Source: Octopus sinensis (Eukaryota). Taken from it: a stretch of 64,000 nt of DNA. Both the position numbers and the translations under genes were made by a program. The stretch lies in the NCBI RefSeq assembly GCF_006345805.1, contig NC_043005.1, forward strand, positions 78,988,001 through 79,052,000, written 5' to 3'. Of the stretch, positions 1-11,453 are shown piece by piece (the first letter of the stretch is position 1; every line of letters begins with the position of its first letter). The notes beneath the pieces were generated by a model. It did not search any database. It was not told where the DNA came from and saw nothing but the letters and a program-made list of their open reading frames with translations.

Positions 1-111
1 AGCTATTAGCGGCAGAAGCAACCTTTATAATGATGTGACAGAGCCTCGCTAATTTTCACGGATGGTTTCTAGCATTATAAATAGAGTAAAAATGCGATCG
101 AAAACCGTGTA

Positions 112-333
112 AAATATTCTTTTCTACTCTAGGCACAAGGTCCGAAGTTTTAGGGAAGGGGAACAGTCGATTATATCGACCCCAGTGCGTAACTGGTACT
201 TATTTAATCGACCTCGAAAGGATGAAAGGCAAAGTCGACCTTGGCAGAATTTGAACTCAGAACGTAGCGGCCGACGAAATACTGCTAAGCATTTCGCCCG
301 GTGTGCTAACGTTTCTGCCAGCTTGCTGCCTTA
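112..333 (-). mobile_element. tRNA-derived SINE, family A (Meta-like central domain), tail type 1
   Basis: Reverse complement reads ggcagcaagctggcagaaacgttagc...gttctgagttcaaattc (A/B-box-like head), gcctttcatcctttcgaggtcgattaaataagtaccag (central domain), tail ...ccttgtgcctagagtagaaaagaat. Many related copies in the window. Confidence 0.85.
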
Positions 334-347
334 GCCATGTAATATAC

Positions 348-582
348 TTATTTATGTGTTGCCCATAAGGGGCTAAACATAGAGGGGACAAGCAAGAACA
401 CACAAAGGGATTACGTCGATTACATCGACACCCAGTGCGTAACTGTTACTTATTTAATCGACTCCGAAAGAATGAAAGGCAAAGTCGACCTCGGCAGAAT
501 TTAAACTCAGAACGCAACGGCAGACGAAATACTGCTAAGTATTGCGCCCGGCGGGCTAAAGATTCTACCTGCTCGCTGCCCT
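348..582 (-). mobile_element. SINE family A, tail type 2, directly upstream (element sense) of the 112-333 copy
   Basis: Same head and central domain; tail ...tttgtgtgttcttgcttgtcccctctatgtttagccccttatgggcaac. Confidence 0.85.
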
Positions 583-605
583 AGCTATGTAAAACATTGA
601 CGACA

Positions 606-890
606 TTCTGCGATTACGGGTGACGATCATATTGAGGTGTGGTGCCTGAAAATGTTCGTTTCAATATCCATCAAATTCTTAAAGAATCAGGCGTCTTTAA
701 AATTTCATTCCACATGATTTTCAATGATAAAAACAAAACAAGAAATAAAAAACAACAAAAAATAAAAAAAAACAACAAAAACAAAGCAAGAAATAAAAAA
801 ACAACAAAAATCAAAACAAACAAAAAAAAACAACAAAAAGAACTGGGGATTCATTATGTTGCTGCAAAATTTATTAACAAGGTGAGTACC
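606..890 (+). mobile_element. possible mariner transposase remnant interrupted by an A-rich tract
   Basis: Translation IHQILKE...ELGIHYVAAKF resembles the mariner segment xILxEDLGMRxVxAKFVP seen more clearly at 41840-42180. Confidence 0.35.
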
Positions 891-2018
891 TGTCACGCAT
901 AGTCAGGACATGTCGAATTCTGATAAATTCGCCGAATTCTGATAAAATGAAAACTGGGAAAAATCAAATAGATAATCAAACATAGATATATGTGGCTGCG
1001 ATGTCGAATGAGAAAGTATATCGCCGCGATTAGAATAAAAACATAACTGTCTTAAACCTTAACGCGATGCAAGATGTGAGTTTTGAATGGAAGGGCGTTG
1101 AACTTCGTGTATTTGATCCACGTTCTCAGACCTTCAATAAAGAAATTTAGCTTGATACACTGAGGTGATTGGGAGAGAAATTCCGCAGGAAAGGGCGAGA
1201 GTTTTAGTCAAAACAAATCTAGATGCAGTACCATGACCATTCTTATGCAGTAAAAGATTCTTCATTCACAGCCATCCTTCTTTACCCAAAGGAATTGGCG
1301 CCGCAGTCTTTGTTATTTATGCTTTGCTCCTAAAGTTGAAATCCATAACTTTTACGCCTTGTTACATTTATTTTGCTAGCACTCTTCTGTTAGAACAATT
1401 ATAAGCAAGTCGTCTATAAAGACGTTCTATAACACAGTCATATTACAGATAAATCATATACAAACAGTGTAACATCGTGTGAAAAAACAGTAATAAATAC
1501 GTAACGTTGAAAGAGATAGAAGGCTAAAAAATGCAAATGGATTGTAGGATGAGGTAACGAAAATTAAATATAATCTTTCTTTTTCTTGCTGATACTGTTG
1601 TTCTTTTATCTGTCCTAAAAGTCCTTCTGTCTCTTTCAACGTCACATATACAATGCTCCAAGCAAACTTATAACCTTTTGTTACGAATAAATCTATCCTG
1701 TTGAACATTATAGTAACGAAATGACACATTGTTGCGCAATCTATCAGGAGAGAAATAGTGTTACATATCCAAATTGGTTTATCCAGTTTACTCTTGAGCC
1801 GCTAATATTAGTGGATTTATAGCCAATGTATCCATGGATATGAGAAGATACAAAGGTAGCATTGACCCATCCTATGTCACGTTGAATCTCACAGGAAACT
1901 ACGTTAAGGGTACGTATGTCTTTGGAGATGTATGTATGTATGTATGTATGTATGTATGTATGTATGTATGTATGTATGTATATATGTATGTATGTATGCA
2001 TGTATGTATGTATGTATG

Positions 2019-2229
2019 CCTCTTCTATTTCTTTAATTATTATCAATTTTCCACTGAGGAGGGAGCCGGTTTCCAACAAAGATACAAAGTTCCATCTTTG
2101 GAATGTAGATATCACAGACAATTTCACATTTCGAACATCAGGAAAGTCTTGCATATTTTACTGTTACGCTCACAGATTGCACAAATTAGCCTGTTTATTT
2201 CTCTTTTTGAAAATCCCAGTTTATCCAGA
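2019..2229 (-). mobile_element. 5'-truncated 3' end of an R4/Dong-like RLE retrotransposon embedded in (TACA)n
   Basis: Minus-strand LDKLGFSKREINRL...SKICKTFLMFEM* matches the C-termini at 16255 and 52950, followed by a ~125-bp 3'UTR; (TATG)n on both sides. Confidence 0.75.
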
Positions 2230-2279
2230 GTATGTATGTATGTATGTATGTATGTATGTATGTATGTATGTATGTATGT

Positions 2280-2470
2280 CAGGTCACTTTCGAGTGCCAC
2301 TGGTAACATGTAACCCAGTACAACCTGTTGCATGGTCGGGCCGTCGGCGACTAAACCGGCAACCACACGAAGCATGCTTGGTGAGGAGAGTGTTTATTGG
2401 ACACCCTACGGGATGAAAAACAAAACCCGTCAAAGGGCGGAGAAACTCTTGAGAGTCAACCGCCATCCAA
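2280..2470 (+). repeat. interspersed repeat, RTE 5'-UTR-like; diverged second copy at 52255-52420 in opposite orientation
   Basis: gccactggtaacatgtaacccagt...ggtgaggagagtgtttattggacacc...gccatccaataaatg aligns by eye with the reverse complement of 52255-52420. RTE assignment is recalled. Confidence 0.5.
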
Positions 2471-2544
2471 TAAATGTGTAATTTTTTTTCTTAAGGCTGT
2501 ATCATGGGCGGGGACATAGAAATAATCAGACTGAATAGCCGATC

Positions 2545-2720
2545 GCGCGGTTAAACCATTGGGAGTGAAGGACTCCTAGCCTTTGTTAGGGCATCCTTCT
2601 AGGAGAAGGTAACTCAGGTAACTGGGATAACTCCGACATAAAACCTGCGGCTCAGTGGTTACCGATGATGTTGACTTGTTCTTCTTTTCGGATTATGGCT
2701 GCTGTTGCTTAGTGAGTGGG
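2545..2720 (+). repeat. RTE 5'-UTR-like fragment
   Basis: Motif agggcatccttctaggagaaggtaactc...aaaacct resembles the ctaggagaaggaaaactctg...aaacc motif I recall from RTE 5' UTRs. Confidence 0.3.
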
Positions 2721-3589
2721 ATTGACTCAGTGCACAACCTTTCCTCGCTTAAAAAAATGTTCTTGCACAGGCATTGCACGATAACAACATTGTTCATGAT
2801 TGTTGATGGTGCTGTGAGCCTCAACTGAATGGCTGGCTGTCGCCTTAAAAAGCAAATAAAAGTCACGTTCGATCACAGCACTAATAACAGTTAAGCTTTG
2901 TGCAATGACCATACTCGATAACGAGGGGGTAGCCATCATGTATGTATGTATGTATGTATGTATGTATGTATGTATGTATGTATGTATGTATGTATGTATG
3001 TACGTACGTATGCATGCATGCATTTATCTATGAATATATTACTTTAATTTATTTTATCCATGGGGCTGAAGTAGTACTGGAGAACCCAAACATGGCTGTA
3101 TTTAGGATTTAGTACTAGCTGGCTCTGTGCCGACAAAAATGTCTGCTAATTGTAGCATTTTATACATAAATAAGGTACAAAATAATCACAGATACAAATA
3201 TTCAAATACTTCCCTTGTACAGCACACACATTCACAGATTTGAAGCGACGTTTGATTTGTCTTTTCGACGTTGAAAACCCATTTACATTGCACACACAAA
3301 CGCACATACACGCACAAACATTCACATGACTTCTTTTACATAGACCCATATACTCACGCAGAGTTGAAACGCTATTTGATTTTTCTTTTAACCATAGAAC
3401 TTCTATCATCCCAATACCAAGTTTGCTATCACCACTTCCTTTCTCATTCATATGTTGTAGGGGAGAAAGACACAAGATGATTATTACAGTAGATAATAAT
3501 TATAATGTTAAAGATGATGATGATGCTGATGATGACGACGACAGCAACAACAACAACAATAATAATAATGATAATGATAATCCTTTCTA

Positions 3590-5135
3590 CTTGCAGGTGA
3601 GGCCCAGTTAGAATATTCTTCTGGTCGAGTAGCCCATCCCTCCAAAAAAGTCCCGGAATAAGGGTTGTTTAAGGATGTTGAACGAACCACCCATGTTTCC
3701 AAATGTGAATTATCCAAACCGCTAAGAGTTCCTGTCAACACATGGCTATGATGCTCCCCCACTACTTCTGCTTATGATCAGAGTTGCACATATCGTCGGC
3801 CACTAAGGGACATGCTCAACTGGTTAGGGTCAAACAACTGACAAGCAAATCTGTGGTATGGAGCAGAATATTTGCTGTAGCCCATCTTTTATACCAAGAC
3901 AAAACAATGTACATGATAACAATTCTAATCAGTTACGATCAGAAGCCATGAGAGCCACTGCCTGGTACTGCATCACTTATTACTATTATTATTTTTATTA
4001 TTATTATTATTGAGTGAGAGAGCAGTTCATGCTATCAAAGTGACACTGGGGTAAAATATACGAAGACCAATATACCCATCATGACTACCCGTCTGATAAG
4101 GGTACACCAGGCACATGCATTACAACCATATGTGTGCGACATGGTGATCTCATATCAAAATAAACCGCACATGACCTTGCAGGTGGGGCCCAGTTAGAAA
4201 TTTCTTCAGGTTGAGTAGCCCATCCCGCTCAAAAGGTTCATGAATAAGGGTTGTTTAAGGATGTTGAAAGAACCACCCATGTTTCCAGAGGTGAATTATT
4301 CAAACCCCAAAGAATCCCTCTCAACACATGGCTATGATGCTCCCCCGCTACTTCTGCTCGTGATCAGAGATGCACATATCGTCAGCTACTAAGGGACATG
4401 CTCAACTGGTTAAGGTCAAACAACTGACAAGCAAATCTGTGGTATTGAGCAGAATATTTGCTGTAGCCCATCTTTTATACCAAGACAAAACAATGTACAT
4501 GATAACACTTCCAATCAGTTAAGATCAGAAGCCATGAGAGCCACTGCTTGGTACTGCATCAGGGCAATTATTATTATTATTGAGTGAGAGAGCAGTTCAT
4601 GCCATTAAAGTGACACTGAGGTAAAATATACGAAGCCCAATATACCCATCATGACTACCCGTCTGATAAGGGTACACCAGGCACATGCATCACAACCATA
4701 TGTGCGCGACATGGTGATCTCATATCAAGATAAACAGCACATGACCTTGCAGGTGGGGCCCAGTTAGAATTTTCTTCAGGTTGAGTAACCCATCACACTC
4801 AAAAGTTCCCTGAATAAGGGTGGTTTAAGGATGTTGAAAGAACCACCCATGTTTCCAGAGGTGAATTATTCAAACCCCAAAGAATCCCTCTCAACACATG
4901 GCTATGATGCTCCCCCACTACTTCTGCTCGTGATCAGAGATGTACATATTGTCAGCCACTCGGGGACATGCTCAACTGGTTAAGGTCAAACAATTGACAA
5001 GCAAATCTGTGGTATTGAGCAGAATATTTGCTGTAGCCCATCTTTTATACCAAGACAAAACAATGTACATGATAACACTTCCAGTCAGTTAATATCAGGA
5101 GCCATGAGAGCCACTGCCTGGTACTGCATCAGGGC
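3590..5135 (-). repeat. three tandem copies of a ~556-bp element separated by short (ATT)n spacers
   Basis: Units 3590-3975 (partial), 4011-4566 and 4581-5135; units 2 and 3 are ~95% identical by eye; (ATT)n continues 5136-5255. Strand inferred from the (TAA)n orientation. Confidence 0.9.
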
Positions 5136-5196
<61 letters not shown>

Positions 5197-5197
5197 C

Positions 5198-5257
<60 letters not shown>

Positions 5258-5898
5258 TATTGCTTTAAATGGATAACCGTTGTATCGCTCCATGTGTTGC
5301 TGGATAGAACCACAAAACGTGATAGAAAAACAAAACAAAGAAATTAAAGACACTTTTGAAACCAGCTCAGTTACATTATCCAATATGTTATAGGAATTTG
5401 CGAAAATGGATTGAAAATGTTTCATATATGTGTGATTTGTACACAATATTAACTTATGTGCACAGTAGAAAGTTTGTAAGTAGATTATTTAGATAAATAA
5501 GGAAAAAATAACGTCCTCATATCCTTCCCATTCAATTTCTTTATACCCGCACAAACGCACAAACACTACCACATTATTCACGTGTGTGTATATACATACA
5601 TATACATAGATATAAATAGACGTGTGTGCGTGTATATACATACATATATATGTATATATAAATATATATGCATCTATATAGCGATATATACATATATATG
5701 TATATACATATGTGTATGTGTGTATGTACCTATATATTTCATTAATTCACAAATATGTGATTTCATACATGTATATGTATATATGATATCAATATATATG
5801 TATAATGCATACATACATACATACATACATACATACATGTATGTATGTATGTATGTATGTATGTATGTGTATGTATGTATGTATGTATGTATGTATAT

Positions 5899-5929
<31 letters not shown>

Positions 5930-7160
5930 TTGTATATATATATATATGTGCATATATATATATATATTATATATATATGTGCATATATATATATATACAT
6001 ATATATATACACATAAAATATGTAGATATATGTATATATTATATGTATATAATAAATATATAATAGGTGTAAATATGTATTGATATACAAAGAAAGGTAG
6101 AACAGAAGCAGTGTAAAATGGAAGAAAACTGGGAATTATCACGAATGTATGATACCTTTTGTTTCGGTGACAATTGTTGCCGTCTCAGAATATCTTCAGG
6201 GCATATGGATAAATTGTGTATTTTATCCAGTGCAAGTTTGCGATAAAATAGAGGAAAATAGATAGAAAATTTTTTTTTTTAAATAGCACAATAGTTTACA
6301 TGTATGTTGTGAAATACTAAATGTAAAAAGAAAGAAGAAAAGTAAAGAAAAGAATATAGAAAGAGAAAAATAAAGAAAAACCTGTTGGCCCTTCGGGGAA
6401 AAAAACTTGAATACTCTTTCTGATTTTATTATTTCATTCTGTGAAGAGTTATCGAAAAATATATTCTGTGATATATACCTCTCATTTTTTTCACATTGTG
6501 TTCTGCGTTCCATTACATATTGTTGCTGCTGTTTGGTAGGAAGAAACGAAATATCTAACCCTTGGTAAAAGAAGGTTTATTCAATGTAGTTATTTCTTTA
6601 GATATATTCACCAAAATAATTAATTAGCTCCAAGCGAAAGAGATGACAAACAATGACGGATAATGTGTTTCTAGTATTATTCTTATTTTTATCACTTTTA
6701 TTATTAATATTACATTTTCTTTTTGGCATTTTCCTTTCTATCGCAAACGAAAACGAAAAAAAAAACGTTTCTTTTTGTATTCTTTTCATTTATTTTTTTC
6801 AAAAAAAAGCTGTAATAAAAAAATGTTTTTCTTGTCAGAAGAAGAAATAACTTACAATGTATTAGTGGAATTAAGTTTATTAAGCTTCGTGAACATTAAA
6901 TTATCCGATGTTTATCGTACGATTTCTTTAAAAAAACACAGTAGTGTAAGTAACAGAGTTACTAATGTAGAATATAATACTATAATACTATACATAACAA
7001 TTATGCTACGTCAAATAATTACTAACACAGAACAAAGGAAAGCAGAAATGGCAATACATACAAATACATACAAACATCCATATGTGTGTGTATATATATA
7101 TATATATTATATATATATATTAATATATATATATTATCTATACATATATTATATATATAT

Positions 7161-7192
<32 letters not shown>

Positions 7193-7246
7193 ATATACAT
7201 ATATATATGTATATATATATACATATTATATACATATCTGTATTTG

Positions 7247-7277
<31 letters not shown>

Positions 7278-7398
7278 GTACATATCTGCGTATACATAGA
7301 CACTCACACATGTATATATGTATATGTATATATGTATATATAATATATATATATAGAATATATTAATATTATATATATTACACATACATACATACATA

Positions 7399-7452
<54 letters not shown>

Positions 7453-7507
7453 GTATGTATGTATGTGTCTATGTCTCGGTTTGTCTAACTATCTATCTGT
7501 CTGTCTA

Positions 7508-7538
<31 letters not shown>

Positions 7539-7937
7539 ATATATATATACACATAGATTTACATAGGTTATACTAATCTAGTAGCGAAGAAATGACGACC
7601 CAGTACATATCAACGTAGAAAATAAAAATTATTTATTCAAGACATTTATACTATTCCTTGGCTGAGAGTTCCCTTGTTTCTATAAGTTTTGAAAAATAAT
7701 TTGTGGCAAATTCCGCTAAATTAACGCAGTAAGTGGAGTAATTGCAGAATACATATTCCCCTAATGAAATGGTTTCGTCAATCATATATCCTAGTTTTTA
7801 GCTTAATGGAGCTCTGCAGTATACTCCTCTGCATTAGATTGTGGTCTAATAGCCGAGTTTGCCAGTGGAGCTTTCTGTGATAGCCACGAGATATTATACT
7901 ACAAATGTATACATGCATACATACCTACATACATACG

Positions 7938-10558
7938 ACACAGCATCAACAACAGCGCAGTCGAGGAACAGCAGGAAAACAACAGCTCAACAGGTAAACA
8001 AATTCTTTCTAACTTTAGTTATATAAGAAACCGTTATTACAAAACTCGTTTCTCTTGGAGTTATGAATTGAATACTGATCTATTTAAGTGCTACAATGAA
8101 GCGAAACAAAACACCGCTGTTGGCTATATGAATCGATTGAAATCATATTGGGACGATCTGCATCCAGAATTAAATAATTTTACAGCGAACCAACTACACC
8201 AACAAGGAACATTTGTAGAACATAAGAAGAAGGTTAAGAACTGTAACTTTGCTAAAAAATCGAAAATTAACCTTCTTCCCAACTCTATAAAAAAGCGAAG
8301 CCCATCACGTGGTTTCGTAGCTAGCCGACATCCCAGTAGATTCTATAGCACCTGCCAGCCAAACTACATTACTGGCTCAAGTACCTGACAACTATCCCCC
8401 AACAACAATTATGGTAAGTAGCAGGCACACCTGCAACTACTGAGGTAGCAGTAGTGGCAGTCAGGATTATATGCCGGTGAAATGTGGTTTTACTAAAATT
8501 TTCTGATAAACTATTATTTTGGCTTTGAAGTGCTCATTCGAAGAGAGAGTATTCTCTGCCAAAGTAAGGAAAAAACATTAGATACGGTATTTAAAACTGT
8601 TAACGAAATTGGTGATGAGTATCTACAGCAGTGTGATGAACCCACATGCTGGCAGATTAACGCCTGTCTATATGCTCTGGCTACTATTGTAAAACAGTAC
8701 ATGAATGGCATTCAAAAAGTAAACGAAATCGAAACAACAAAAAAAGTACCATCATGGGTTTTGAAGACAGAGAAAAAGATAACTGGTTTATGGAAGACCA
8801 TCAGTCGTGTAATGATGCTTCCTGAGTGCAAGCAAGCAAATCAATATAGGTCCCTCCAATAGAAAGTGAAGGAGATAGAAATGATGTTTAGAGACTGCAA
8901 CAAGAGGACACGTACTTGCTAACAGATTATCCTCAAGCAGGAGTTAAAAGCTGTCAGTGAAAAACTCTGACATCAGAAGAGATTAACCAAGAGAAGAACA
9001 ACAACCAGAAACCAGGCAGCAGTAAAAAGTACACAGAGTCATGAGAGGAGGAAAGTCTGGAGTGAATAGGAGATTAACCAAGATACTATGTGGCTAGAAG
9101 AAAACCGAAGAAGGTATTGCTCCTGCATTCACCCAAGACATACAACATTGATGGTGAAACTCTTGCAGCTGTGATCCAGAAAATCTAGGATGGAAAATCA
9201 CCTGGAAAAGACTTGATTGTTGTATATTGGTACAAGAAGCTAACTTTCTACCGACTATGTCTTATCAATTTGTACCAGCAAGCTCTTAATAGGAACAGTA
9301 GCATAGAACACTAGAGTAGTTCTAGCAGAGACAATAGTGATCCCCAAATTCAGAACCATGCACATGGCAAAAACTACTGGCCAATTACATGCTAGAACTT
9401 AATGCTTAAACGTGTTCCGCCAGAACCATTGTGAAACCAATAACAACATCATAGCAGAACTAACGTCCGCGAAGAAGGGAGTCTGGGGATGTGCCGAGCA
9501 ATAGTTAATCAACGAAAGTGAGATGTCAAAGGTGCGAGAGCATAAGAGGAACTTATTTTCAATGTGGCTAGACTACAAAAAAGCCTTTGACTCTGTTACC
9601 CACTCATGGGTGCTAACGGCCCTTCAACTTGCTAAAGTTCCAGTGTGCATAGTCAAAGCCATAGCTAACTTGATTTCATCGTGGGCCACCACCTTGAAAT
9701 TAAATAAAAGTGTGACTGTATTATCACTGATAAAATACAGTACCGCAAGGACCTATTCCAAGGGGATAGCCTCTGTTTATGCTTTCTGTAAACCCCTAGT
9801 CATTTATGTTAAGGAAGTCTGAAGAATATCTGTCTGGTTCACAAGGGAGTAGAAATATCAAAATTACATACTGTTTCTTTGTGGATGAGTTGAAACTTTA
9901 TGCAAAGGATATACATGAGATGCAAAGGATATACATGAGATGGAGTTTGGTCAGGATAAATGTTGCTATATAATTGTGAAAAGGGGGAAAACTGTAAACC
10001 AGACTAGCAACATCTCCATTAATGCATTGACTGTTTCTCCTATATCTGACGAGGAATGATACAGGTATCTAGGGGTGGATGAAAATATATCTGACGATAG
10101 TACATATAGCAATACATCTGTCACTGAAGAATGTTACAGCCGAAAAAAGAACATTTGGACCTCAGAACTCTCCGTATTCAATAAAACAGAGACCCACAAT
10201 GTGTTTGCAGTGCCAGGACTCATAGCAACATTTGGGCTGCTGGCTGTACGCTTGATGAGATCCGAGTCATTGATCGAAAAACCCGAAAAATACTAACATG
10301 CATACATAATTTCCATATAAACAGTGACGTAGACCAACTCTGCCTAAAACGATAAGAAGGCGGTAGAGGTTTAACATCGATCCAAAATGCCTTTGAATGT
10401 CGCATCATATCCCTTCGGCAACATCTTTTAACTACCAAGTGTCGAAGTGCATCCCTTGACCAACTTTGCATACATGAGGCTGATAACATCATAAGACTTG
10501 GAAGGCAGCTCCTTGGGCAACATTCTTTGTCAGATAACCTAAAATACATGCCCCAAGC
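7938..10558 (+). mobile_element. decayed R4/Dong-like non-LTR retrotransposon (N-terminal domain and RT), 3' part missing
   Basis: N-terminal RFSWSYELNTDLFKCYNEA...GYMNRLKSYWDDLHP; RT motifs NLFSMWLDYKKAFDSVTHSW (9523 ORF), FQGDSL (~9757), FVDELKLYAK (~9878), MEFGQDKC, YRYLGVDE; many stops and frameshifts. Confidence 0.9.
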
Positions 10559-11346
10559 AGTCTAGTATATTCTTTTAATTTAACTCATTAATAAAATATA
10601 TCACTACTAACTAACTATGAATCTATATAAATAGAAATTGATATATATATATATATATTTATAGAAATACAAAATGATTTCTATATTTTCTATCCCTATA
10701 TAAGATTAGAATCCTTTGGAAAAAAACTATCTGAGGGATATTTATGTAAAATTCGCAAAGAGAATTATGGCTCTTAAATGGTAAAGAACATTAGAAATAT
10801 TTAGAGCATTAGTAGTCTCTATTCTCCCTACCCCACTAGCTTCAGCCTACTAACTTTAGCTAAAATACATTCAAATATGCCTGAGGTAAATTCCTCAAAA
10901 TGGGGATGGATTTATGACTTTGACTACCCCTTCTTCTTTCTATAAATAGAAAAAGTTCTTGTTTGTCTCCATTGAACCAAATAAAGAAACCCCCTCCCCA
11001 TTGATAAATCTAAATAACAAAGTGAACTCAGTGATAAAAAATCTACAGATGGAGAAGGACTTTCTACTACCATGTGCTTAAATATAACATTAACCCCTCT
11101 GTCTATATATCTACCCTCTTTATAATATTGACAAATGAAATATGTATAAAAATGTACATTATCCATTTAATAAAAAAAATTTTATATGTGGCTGAAGATT
11201 GCTTTACATTTTAAAACTGATGTAATACTTACATTGTTAAATAAAATGAAGTAGCATGAAACGATTGTACTATACTACCTTGGATATCCTTGTTGCTTAT
11301 TTTGATATATACATACATACATACATACATATATACATATGTATAT

Positions 11347-11444
11347 GAAGGTTCATGGCTCAGTGGTTAGAGCGTCGGGCTCACAAACATGAGGCAATGA
11401 GCTCAACTTCCGAACCGGACTGTTTGTTGTGTTCTTGAGTAAGG
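11347..11444 (+). mobile_element. 5' head of SINE family C (tRNA-like), ending at a T9 run
   Basis: catggctcagtggttagagcg (A box-like)...gagctcaacttccgaaccggactgtttgttgtgttcttgagtaagg; matches the head region of the family C copy at 16535-16850. Confidence 0.75.
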
Positions 11445-11453
11445 TTTTTTTTT

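Noticed and set aside
2280-2640. HDV-like ribozyme in the RTE 5'-UTR-like pieces
   Set aside because: Several hairpins are present but no consistent P1/P3/P1.1 pseudoknot could be built.
3590-5135. Regular array considered as CRISPR-like or as tandem ncRNA genes
   Set aside because: Eukaryotic DNA, 556-bp units with microsatellite spacers, no unique spacers, no cas genes, no recognisable snRNA or rRNA sequence.
5095-5135. HDV-like or hammerhead ribozyme at the ends of the 556-bp unit (cctgatgcag; ctgataag)
   Set aside because: Could not close P1/P1.1 or a hammerhead stem II with GAAA by hand; left as an open test.
10560-11180. Nuclear mitochondrial insertion
   Set aside because: Hand translation gave no recognisable mitochondrial protein or rRNA; only the composition is similar.
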